Positions 18,552-27,184 of a stretch of DNA of 64,000 nucleotides are shown in pieces. Source of the DNA: Prevotella sp. (GTDB taxonomy: Bacteria; Bacteroidota; Bacteroidia; Bacteroidales; Bacteroidaceae); contig JAFVBX010000074.1 of NCBI GenBank assembly GCA_017479675.1, positions 24,677 to 88,676 on the forward strand. Direction: 5' to 3'. A model generated the notes under the pieces. It saw only the letters and a list, made by a program, of their open reading frames with translations, made no database searches and was not told where the DNA came from. Both the position numbers and the translations under genes were made by a program. Numbering within the stretch: the stretch's first letter is position 1; each line of letters starts with the position of its first letter.

Positions 18552-18607
18552 GTTAGTTGAAAGTTGAAGGTTGAAAGTTGAAAGTTGAAGGTTGAAAGTT
18601 GAAAGTT

Positions 18608-18925
18608 TTAGTCTAAGTGAAACACTTCTTGCAGTGGAACGGTGACAGGTGAGTTGTCAGGGTTCACCTCCCTAATGTCGGCCATCATGTCCCACCAGCG
18701 CTGAGTGATGGGGTCAACGGTGTCAGTCTCCTGTGACGTTGTGTCGCCTGAGCATTCCTGATAGGCAAACAGCAGGTTAGTGTCCTTGTCCCAGTATATG
18801 CTGTAGTTTGACACTCCCTGTTGGTGTATCATCTCAACAAGTTCAGGCCAGATGGCTGCATGGCGCTTTTCATATTCCTTCTCTAGACCAGGCTTTAGTT
18901 TCATTTTAAATGCAAATCGTTTCAT
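18608..18925 (-). CDS. rhaM: L-rhamnose mutarotase (copy 1)
   Basis: AFKMKL...EYEKRH..IWPE...NYSI...RWW.MMADI. Confidence 0.92.
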   Translation of the reverse strand: MKRFAFKMKLKPGLEKEYEKRHAAIWPELVEMIHQQGVSNYSIYWDKDTNLLFAYQECSGDTTSQETDTVDPITQRWWDMMADIREVNPDNSPVTVPLQEVFHLD

Positions 18926-20244
18926 AGATACACCTTAGGGGTTGTTTCGGGTTTAGCTTTAGGGAATTGTTCAAAATCTATGGTTTCACCGTCAAGAGTA
19001 AAGTCGATGAGCTCATATTTGTCTGAGGTCATAACATCAAGCATTGTTTCTGCCTGCACATTATTATTACGCATAATGATGTTATTGCAACGGCTCAGGG
19101 GCATGTCCTGTCTGTCGCCTGGCTTAAAGAACTGAGTCCAGGGGTGAATGAAGAGGAACTTGCCACATTTGCCTGTCACATTCTCCACCTTCACATATTC
19201 ATAGTGCTGAGGGGTGTCAGGACGCATCTTCAGCCACAACACCCTGTTGCTGTTCTCTGAATGGCAGTTGCGCAGAATGATGTTTCGACAGTGTATCGCC
19301 TCTGATCCCAGCGTGAGGCATCCATGCACCTTGCCATAGCGACAGTTTTGTATCAACACTCGCTCGCAGTCTCCGTTCGTCTCATCTTTATCTGCCCATG
19401 TGCCTTTGCCGCCTTTCATCACTACGGCATCGTCATTCACATGCATAAAGCAACCGTCTATGAGCACATCTGTGCAGGCATCCACGTCGATGGCGTCTGA
19501 CGATGGAGCCCCACGCTGTGGGTTGCCAGACCATACCTTCTCTGTTGGGGCGAAGATGTAGCAGTCCAGATAGCGCACATGGTCGCTCTTGTAAATGTGG
19601 TTAGTCCAGAAGGGCGAATTGACTATGTGCACATCCTGCACCGTCACGTTGCGGCTGTTGGAGATATAGACCAGTCGTGGACGCTGTGCATCCTTGTTGG
19701 TGCATTGAGGATTCCAACTGCGTCGTATCCAGAACTCCTGCCAGTACTGCAGTCCGTTGCCGTCTATAGTGCCCTTGCCGCTGATGGTGAAGCCGTCAAC
19801 GCCGTCCACATTTACCAGTGCACAGAAATATTTGCATGTCTCACCCTCTATGCGTGTGGTCATAATGGGGTAGTCGATAATGCGGTCTGAACCCTTCAGC
19901 CTAGCTCCCTCGGCAAGATGCAGGTGGGTGCCTTGCTTGAAGAACAGTGCTCCAGTTGAGAAAGTGCCTGCTGGCACTACCACCACACCACCGCCCTGCT
20001 GGGCACATAGGTCAATGACCGCCTGTATCTGGGTGGTCTGGATCGTGGTACTGTCGGCCTTTACACCATAATCGGTAATGACATACTGCTTGCCCAGAGT
20101 GTTGATGTCCACCTTTGTCTTATTAGCAAACCATGCATCCATCACCGTGCCGTCAGGCCATCTGTCCTTAGGTGTCTTAGCTTGCACACTGGTAGCTATG
20201 AATGTAGCAAGTGCGATAAATAATTGTAAAGTCTTAAATTTCAC
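18922..20244 (-). CDS. GH28 (rhamno)galacturonidase
   Basis: SSDAID, NDDAV, HG and KMR motifs; start placed at GTG 20244 (signal peptide) because TTG 20280 lies within the -7 promoter. Confidence 0.88.
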   Translation of the reverse strand: MKFKTLQLFIALATFIATSVQAKTPKDRWPDGTVMDAWFANKTKVDINTLGKQYVITDYGVKADSTTIQTTQIQAVIDLCAQQGGGVVVVPAGTFSTGALFFKQGTHLHLAEGARLKGSDRIIDYPIMTTRIEGETCKYFCALVNVDGVDGFTISGKGTIDGNGLQYWQEFWIRRSWNPQCTNKDAQRPRLVYISNSRNVTVQDVHIVNSPFWTNHIYKSDHVRYLDCYIFAPTEKVWSGNPQRGAPSSDAIDVDACTDVLIDGCFMHVNDDAVVMKGGKGTWADKDETNGDCERVLIQNCRYGKVHGCLTLGSEAIHCRNIILRNCHSENSNRVLWLKMRPDTPQHYEYVKVENVTGKCGKFLFIHPWTQFFKPGDRQDMPLSRCNNIIMRNNNVQAETMLDVMTSDKYELIDFTLDGETIDFEQFPKAKPETTPKVYL

Positions 20245-20277
20245 GTTTATTTGGGTTTTGGTTATTATATCCAAGTG

Positions 20278-20400
20278 CAAAATTAAGAAATACTTTCGTA
20301 AGAAGATGCAAAATTTCGTTCAAAATAATCGAAAATTGAACAAAATTAGCCTTTTCAGTACAATAAAGCACTGCTGACAGCGAAAAATAACTTAACTTTG
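20278..20400. promoter_or_regulatory. Divergent promoters for the GH28-rha operon and the GH105 operon, with shared regulator boxes
   Basis: -7 elements at 20278-20285 (minus) and 20393-20400 (plus); TGAAC/AGTAC boxes 36-37 bp upstream of each. Confidence 0.65.
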
Positions 20401-20436
20401 CAAACATAACATTATTATAAATATCAACAAAGCACT

Positions 20437-21564
20437 ATGAACCTAAAAAAGAGATTTTTTTTGTGTCTTGCTACAATGATCGTGGCCTTGGCATCATGGT
20501 CACAGAGTGACGTTCTTGACGCAGCAAGAAAGACTAATGACTATTTCATGTCAAAGTACAGTGACCCCACTCAGCCTACGAACGTAAAGAAAATACGTCC
20601 GAGCAGCCTGTGGACTCGTGCTGTGTATTACGAGGGACTGATGGCTCTCTATAGCATAGACCGTCAGCAGCGATACCTTGATTATACGTATAAATGGGCC
20701 GACTTCCACCAGTGGACCCCTCGCAATGGTGTGAAGACTACTGATGCTGACGACCAGTGTTGCGAACAGACATACATAGAATATAACCTGCTGACAGGAA
20801 AAGGTTCGCTGGAACCCACGAAAGAGAACCTGGAAAAGCAGATGGCAACAGGGCGCATAGACTACTGGACATGGATTGACGCCATACAGATGGCTATGCC
20901 TGTATATGTAAAGATGTATGCCATTACCAAGGAGCAGAAGTATCTGGATTATGCCATGAAATGCTACAACTGGAGTCGCAATGAATGTGGTGGCGGACTG
21001 TTCAACCTGAAGGAAGGACTATGGTGGCGCGATAAGGATTTTGTGCCTCCATACAAAGAGCCTGACGGCAAGAACTGCTACTGGAGTCGTGGCAACGGTT
21101 GGGTGTATGCAGCCTTGGTGAGATGTCTTGAGCAGTTGCCTAAAAATAGCAAGGAGTATAAGGCGCTTAAGAAAGACTTCGTGATGATGAGCGAAGCATT
21201 GCTCAAGTGCCAGCATGACGATGGTTTCTGGAGAGCCAGTCTGGTGAGCGATGCCACCTATCCTGGTCCTGAGATGACTGGCACCGCGCTGTTCCTTTAC
21301 GGTATGGCATGGGGCATACAGCATGGGGTGCTGAAGTGTAAGAAATACAGTCCTGCGTGCGACAAGGCATGGATGGCACTGAAGACCTGCGTTCATGACG
21401 ATGGTTTCCTCGGTTGGAACCAAGGTACAGGCAAACAGCCTTCTGATGGTCAGCCAGTCACTTTCACCAGCGTTCCCGATTTTGAGGACTATGGCACAGG
21501 GTGCTACCTCTTGGGACTGGTGGAGTATTATAAGTTAATTTCTAAGGGAGTTAAAGGGAGTTAG
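20437..21564 (+). CDS. GH105 unsaturated rhamnogalacturonyl hydrolase
   Basis: ADDQCC, WTWIDAIQM and WSRGNGW motifs; signal peptide. Confidence 0.9.
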   Translation: MNLKKRFFLCLATMIVALASWSQSDVLDAARKTNDYFMSKYSDPTQPTNVKKIRPSSLWTRAVYYEGLMALYSIDRQQRYLDYTYKWADFHQWTPRNGVKTTDADDQCCEQTYIEYNLLTGKGSLEPTKENLEKQMATGRIDYWTWIDAIQMAMPVYVKMYAITKEQKYLDYAMKCYNWSRNECGGGLFNLKEGLWWRDKDFVPPYKEPDGKNCYWSRGNGWVYAALVRCLEQLPKNSKEYKALKKDFVMMSEALLKCQHDDGFWRASLVSDATYPGPEMTGTALFLYGMAWGIQHGVLKCKKYSPACDKAWMALKTCVHDDGFLGWNQGTGKQPSDGQPVTFTSVPDFEDYGTGCYLLGLVEYYKLISKGVKGS

Positions 21565-21567
21565 AAC

Positions 21568-24036
21568 ATGAGAAAAGTCCTTGCAATAGCAATTATAATC
21601 TTCAGTTTTGTCAATTCGGTATCCGCTCAGTCGTGGCCCACTCCCCGTCAGGAGGCTAAGGCTGGCACACGCTGGTGGTGGATGGGGTCTGCCGTAAACA
21701 AGCACGACCTGCGCTGGAACCTCTCCGAATATGCTCGCACAGGTATAGGCACGGTTGAGATAACCCCTCTTTATGGTGTGCAGGGCAATGAGAAGAACGA
21801 ACTGTCGTTTCTCTCCCCACAGTGGATGTCGGCATTGAAGGATGTGCAGGATATCTCCAAGGAACTGGGCATCGAGGTCGATATGAACTGTGGCACTGGT
21901 TGGCCGTTTGGCGGTCCCCAAGTGCCCTTGAGTGAGGCAGCTTGCAAGGCAATCTTCCATGATAGCATCGTTGGTGGCAAACACTTCTATACCATAGAGT
22001 TGGGCAACACCCGTCAGCAAGTGAAGCGTGCAGCTCCTGGTGGCGAAGGATGGGTGATAGACCATTTCGACCGTACTGCCGTGCGTCATTACCTCGATAG
22101 GTTTGAGCAGGCATTCAGCCAGTCTGGTGTACCTTACCCACATACCTTCTTCAACGACTCCTACGAGGTGTATCATGCCAACTGGACTCCCACCTTGTTT
22201 GATGAATTTCAGAAGCGCCGTGGCTACGACCTAAGGGAGCATCTGCCTGAGCTCTTAGGCACAGTGGATGACGGCAACAAAGTGCTGTGCGATTATCGCG
22301 AGACACTCAGCGACCTGCTCTACGAGAATTTCACGCAGCAGTGGGTGGAGTGGGCACATAGTCATGGTGTGAAGGTGCGCAATCAGGCTCATGGTTCGCC
22401 AGCCAACCTCCTCGACCTCTATGCCGCTGTCGATATACCCGAGATAGAGGGCTTCGGACTCTCTGAGTTTGGCATTAAGGGATTGCGTACCGACCCTGGC
22501 ATGACCAAGAAGAATTTCAGTGATGTGTCAATGCTTAAGTATGCCTCTTCAGCTGCTCATGTGATGGGCAAGCCCCTCACATCCAGCGAGACATTCACCT
22601 GGCTGACGGAACATTTCCGTACCTCCTGGTCACAGATGAAGCCCGACCTTGACCTGATGTTCACCTGTGGAGTCAACCACATGTTCTTCCATGGCTCGTG
22701 CTATACACCCAAGGATGACCCCTGGCCAGGGTGGAAGTTCTATGCCAGCATCGATATGAGTCCCACCAACTCCATCTGGCGCGATGCCCCTTATATGATG
22801 CAGTATATCGAGCGCTGTCAGAGTTTTCTGCAGATGGGCAAACCCGATAATGATTTCCTCGTCTATCTGCCCGTTCGCGATATGTGGCGCAAGCGTCTGC
22901 CCAGCAAGAATGACAATCCACAACTGGGTGACGACCTGCTGATGCAGTTTGACATTCATAGCATGGAAGAGAAAGCCCCTGAGTTTATCCACAGCATTCT
23001 TACCATCGACAGTTTGGGTTACGACTGCGACTATATCAGTGACCGCCAACTGGCTAAGGTGAGGGTAGAGGACGGTATACTGGTGACAGAAGGAGGCACA
23101 CGCTATCGTGCCCTTATCATTCCTACAGGCACCACCGTTGATGACAAACTGAAAGCACTGCTTGACAAAGTTACACCTTATATAATATATGGTGAGGACG
23201 CTACGGCGATGGCGAAATACGCAAAGGCTGAGCCCTTGCGCACAGACTATGGCTTGCGTGTCATACGTCGTCAGAACGATAAGGGACACCACTATTTCAT
23301 CGCCAACCTCACACCAAATGATATCTGCGGAGGCTTCGACCTTGCCGAAGGCAACACCTCCGAGGCACTGTGGTTCAACCCCATGACGGGTGCCATCACC
23401 CCAGTCGAAACTCTCGACGACTATAGCTGGAAAATCTCTCTTCGCAGTGGTGAGTCTATCATCCTGCAAACATTTGATGAACCTGGTAACCTGCCAAAGA
23501 CTGAGAAGAAATCATCAACTTCCAACCTCCAACCTCCAACCCTAGAGATTTCATCCCCTTGGACGCTCTCCTTCATAGACGAGTTCCCCAAGGTTACAGA
23601 AACCTTCACCCTTCCCAAGCCCCAGACATGGGAGAGCCTCAGCCCCGAGGCAGTTGTCACGATGGGTACAGGAGTATATACCACCACCTTCCGCCTATCA
23701 GCCAAACAGGCAAAGCAGCAGTGGCTCATAGACCTTGGCGACGTGCGTGAGTCAGCTCGTGTATATATCAACGACAAGTTCATAGGCTGTGCATGGGCAG
23801 TACCCTTCATCCTCGATTGTGGCGATGCTCTGAAGAAAGGCAAGAACACACTCCGCATTGAGGTCACCAACCTGCCAGCCAACCGCATCAGCGACCTTGA
23901 CCGCAAACAAGTACCTTGGCGCAAGATGAAAGAGATAAATATGGTGAATATCAACTACCAGAAAACCTCCTACGCCGACTGGGCACCGATGCCAAGCGGA
24001 CTCAACTCCCCCGTCAAGCTGATACCAAAAGAATAA
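21568..24036 (+). CDS. GH106 alpha-L-rhamnosidase
   Basis: TRWWWMG, VEITP, GTGWPFGGP, FNDSYE and SSETFT motifs. Confidence 0.88.
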   Translation: MRKVLAIAIIIFSFVNSVSAQSWPTPRQEAKAGTRWWWMGSAVNKHDLRWNLSEYARTGIGTVEITPLYGVQGNEKNELSFLSPQWMSALKDVQDISKELGIEVDMNCGTGWPFGGPQVPLSEAACKAIFHDSIVGGKHFYTIELGNTRQQVKRAAPGGEGWVIDHFDRTAVRHYLDRFEQAFSQSGVPYPHTFFNDSYEVYHANWTPTLFDEFQKRRGYDLREHLPELLGTVDDGNKVLCDYRETLSDLLYENFTQQWVEWAHSHGVKVRNQAHGSPANLLDLYAAVDIPEIEGFGLSEFGIKGLRTDPGMTKKNFSDVSMLKYASSAAHVMGKPLTSSETFTWLTEHFRTSWSQMKPDLDLMFTCGVNHMFFHGSCYTPKDDPWPGWKFYASIDMSPTNSIWRDAPYMMQYIERCQSFLQMGKPDNDFLVYLPVRDMWRKRLPSKNDNPQLGDDLLMQFDIHSMEEKAPEFIHSILTIDSLGYDCDYISDRQLAKVRVEDGILVTEGGTRYRALIIPTGTTVDDKLKALLDKVTPYIIYGEDATAMAKYAKAEPLRTDYGLRVIRRQNDKGHHYFIANLTPNDICGGFDLAEGNTSEALWFNPMTGAITPVETLDDYSWKISLRSGESIILQTFDEPGNLPKTEKKSSTSNLQPPTLEISSPWTLSFIDEFPKVTETFTLPKPQTWESLSPEAVVTMGTGVYTTTFRLSAKQAKQQWLIDLGDVRESARVYINDKFIGCAWAVPFILDCGDALKKGKNTLRIEVTNLPANRISDLDRKQVPWRKMKEINMVNINYQKTSYADWAPMPSGLNSPVKLIPKE

Positions 24037-24267
24037 AGACTAACAATTATAGCATAAAAAGCGGGAAACTCAGTTGACAAAGTTGACAAAAACACCCCGT
24101 GTAGGAATTGCCTACATGGGGTATTTTGCACGAGATGATAAAAAAATGTACAAAATTTTCATCTGTACAATAAATATATTATTAACTTTGCATGCATGTT
24201 ATTCCAGTGAAATAACGGGAACGTTAACGTTAACGATAACTAGAAATGTCAAAATAATAAAATAACA

Positions 24268-25890
24268 ATGAAACTGAAAACAATAATACTCCTTACGGCA
24301 TTGGTGTTCTCCACCGCTGCCTTGGCACAAAAAAATAAAGTGGTTGGTCCGCTTGCCGATGATAATGGTGTGGTAGATAATACTGGCGACAGCATCAGCA
24401 AGGCAAACACGGCACGTCCTGTACCTGGCTTATCGCGCAAGGGCTCTAACCCTGTAGCTTTCTACATCGGCGACAGTACCATGCGTAATGGCACACTGGG
24501 CAATGGCAACAACGGTCAGTGGGGATGGGGATTCTTTGCCGATAAGTATTTTGACAGCGACAAGATAACTGTTGAGAACCAGGCTCTGGGTGGTATGTCC
24601 ACGCGTACCTTTTATAATAAGTTGTGGCCTGACATTCGTGAGGCACTGAAACCAGGCGACTGGGTGATAGTGTCACTCGGACATAATGACAACGGACCAT
24701 ACGACAGCGGAAGGGCTCGTGCCTGCATACCAGGAACGGGAAACGAGACACTGGATGTAACCATCAAGGAAACAGGCGACAAAGAGACTGTTTACACCTA
24801 TGGCGGCTATATGCGCAAGTATATCAGCGAGATACGTGCTGCGGGTGCCAACCCCGTGCTGATGTCGCTGACCCCTCGCAATGCTTACGATGAGCAGGGC
24901 AAGGCCGTTCGAAAGAAGCAGACCGAATGGCTTAAGCAGATAGCTGCGGAGGAGAAGGTGCCCTTCATCGACCTCAACGAGATATCTGGTCAGAAGCTGG
25001 ACTCATACAGTACTTGGAAGAAACAGTATATGTTCTACAAGGACAAGATTCACACCAGCCGTTTTGGTGCTGAGATGAATGCCCGTTCGGCTGCTGAGGG
25101 TATAGCACAGAGCACTGACCCCGCACTGGCTCCGCTGCAGGCTATGATGAAGGATGTGGCACTGCCAGTGGAAAAGGTGAAGCGTCAGGATGGCAAACCT
25201 GTTGTGTTTATCACTGGCGACAGCACCGTAAAGAACCAAGACAAGAAGGAAGATGGTATGTGGGGCTGGGGCTCTCAGGCATATACTGTGTTTGATGCTG
25301 ACAAGATAGTGGTGGCAAACTGTGCAAAGGCTGGTCGCAGCACACGCTCTTTCCTTAACGAGGGACGCTGGGAGAAGGTGTATAACTCTCTCCAGCCTGG
25401 CGACTATGTCATCATTGAGTTTGGACATAACGACCAGGCACCAACTGACAAGAAGCCTTATCGTGGTACTATTCGCGACTCCAAGGACACATGTAAGGTA
25501 TATAAGATGGAAGGAACGGGCAAATATGAACTGGTCTATTCCTTTGGCTGGTATCTGAAGAAATTCATTGACGACGTTCGCGAGAAGGGTGCCACACCTA
25601 TCCTCGTATCGCTCACTCCGCGCAATCGTTGGAAGGATGGTAAGATAGAGCGCCGCATGACGGACCTCGGCAAGTGGTATCGTGATGTTGCTGCTGAGAC
25701 GGGTGTGGAGTTTATTGACCTTCACAACGTGGCTGCCGACTACTATGACGGCATTGGTGAAGAGGCTACCAAGGAATACTTCATGCCTGACCGCACCCAT
25801 ACCGCTAAGAAGGGGGCACAGCAGAATGCTCAGAGTTTGGCTAAGGCACTGAAGGATGCTAACTCATCATTGGCGAAGTATTTGAAGTAG
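24268..25890 (+). CDS. Tandem CE12 rhamnogalacturonan acetylesterase (two SGNH domains)
   Basis: Two GDST...GWG...GHND...DxxH sets. Confidence 0.88.
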   Translation: MKLKTIILLTALVFSTAALAQKNKVVGPLADDNGVVDNTGDSISKANTARPVPGLSRKGSNPVAFYIGDSTMRNGTLGNGNNGQWGWGFFADKYFDSDKITVENQALGGMSTRTFYNKLWPDIREALKPGDWVIVSLGHNDNGPYDSGRARACIPGTGNETLDVTIKETGDKETVYTYGGYMRKYISEIRAAGANPVLMSLTPRNAYDEQGKAVRKKQTEWLKQIAAEEKVPFIDLNEISGQKLDSYSTWKKQYMFYKDKIHTSRFGAEMNARSAAEGIAQSTDPALAPLQAMMKDVALPVEKVKRQDGKPVVFITGDSTVKNQDKKEDGMWGWGSQAYTVFDADKIVVANCAKAGRSTRSFLNEGRWEKVYNSLQPGDYVIIEFGHNDQAPTDKKPYRGTIRDSKDTCKVYKMEGTGKYELVYSFGWYLKKFIDDVREKGATPILVSLTPRNRWKDGKIERRMTDLGKWYRDVAAETGVEFIDLHNVAADYYDGIGEEATKEYFMPDRTHTAKKGAQQNAQSLAKALKDANSSLAKYLK

Positions 25891-25933
25891 TCGAAATGCC
25901 GAAATAACGTAATAACGAAATAAACGAAAACCT

Positions 25934-27184
25934 ATGAAACGAAAGACAATGCTTTTATTTGCTGTTATGGCCACGTTGACCGCTATGGCAGAGACACAAC
26001 AGACCTTTGAGTATGACATGACAAAGTCACAGCCAGTATATTCCGATGAAGCAGGCTACGGCTATGATGTTGTCGAGGCACCTAATGGTAAGATGCAGCC
26101 ATTCTACTTCTCACAGAAGGTGGATGACGGCAACTATAAAGTTACAGTGGTGTTGGGCTCTAAGAAACAGGCTGGCAACACCGTGGTGCGTGCTGAGTCA
26201 CGCCGTCTGTTCGTTGAAGAGACAGCCACCAAGAAGGGTGAGCTGAAAACAGTGGAATTCATTGTCAACAAGCGTTCACCACGCATTGACAATAAAAATA
26301 AGGTCAGCATCAAGGAACGTGAGAAAGAGTACCTTGACTGGGACGATCGCCTCACCCTTGAGTTTAATGGTTCAGCACCTACGGTTAGCAGCATCAAGAT
26401 AGAACCTGCTCCAGCTGATGTTACCACTATCTTCCTTTGTGGCAACAGTACCGTCGTCGACCAGAACAACGAGCCCTACGCCTCATGGGGACAGATGATT
26501 CCCCGCTGGTTCGATACCACAGTATCTATTTCTAACCATGCAGAGAGTGGACTAACTGCAAGAACTTTTCTCGGAAGTAAACGACTTGACAAGATTCTTA
26601 CTATGATGAAGAAAGGCGATTGGGTGTTTGTTGAGTTTGGTCATAACGATGAAAAGGAGAAGAAACCTGGTGACGGACCATGGTATCACTACAGCTATAA
26701 TTTGAAAATTTTTGTTGACCGTGTTCGTGCTAATGGAGGAAATATAGTTTTTTGTACACCTACGCAACGACGAACATTCGATGAGGATATGAAGACATTG
26801 GTAAATTCACACGGTGATTTTCCTGCAGCGATGAAGGCAGTGGCTGAGCGTGAGAATGTGCCAATCATTGATCTTAATGAGATGACAAAAGAATTTTTCG
26901 TTTCATTGGGTTATGAGGGCTCTAAGAAGGCTCTTTGCTATTATGCTAAAGGTTCTTTCCCTAATCAGGAGAAAGAACTTGCCGATCGTACCCACTTTAA
27001 TCCTTACGGAGCTTACGAGGTTGCCAAGATGGTTATCATGGGAATGAAGCAGAATAAATTGCCGTTTGTTAGTAGCTTAAAGCCAGACTTTAAGGACTAT
27101 AGTCCCCAGAAACCTGATGACCCTGATAAATTTGTCTGGTATCGCTCTGTAAAAAATGATGTTATAAAGCCTGATGGCGATTAA
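25934..27184 (+). CDS. CE12 rhamnogalacturonan acetylesterase with N-terminal beta-sandwich
   Basis: GNSTV, SWGQM, FGHND and DRTHF motifs. Confidence 0.88.
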   Translation: MKRKTMLLFAVMATLTAMAETQQTFEYDMTKSQPVYSDEAGYGYDVVEAPNGKMQPFYFSQKVDDGNYKVTVVLGSKKQAGNTVVRAESRRLFVEETATKKGELKTVEFIVNKRSPRIDNKNKVSIKEREKEYLDWDDRLTLEFNGSAPTVSSIKIEPAPADVTTIFLCGNSTVVDQNNEPYASWGQMIPRWFDTTVSISNHAESGLTARTFLGSKRLDKILTMMKKGDWVFVEFGHNDEKEKKPGDGPWYHYSYNLKIFVDRVRANGGNIVFCTPTQRRTFDEDMKTLVNSHGDFPAAMKAVAERENVPIIDLNEMTKEFFVSLGYEGSKKALCYYAKGSFPNQEKELADRTHFNPYGAYEVAKMVIMGMKQNKLPFVSSLKPDFKDYSPQKPDDPDKFVWYRSVKNDVIKPDGD

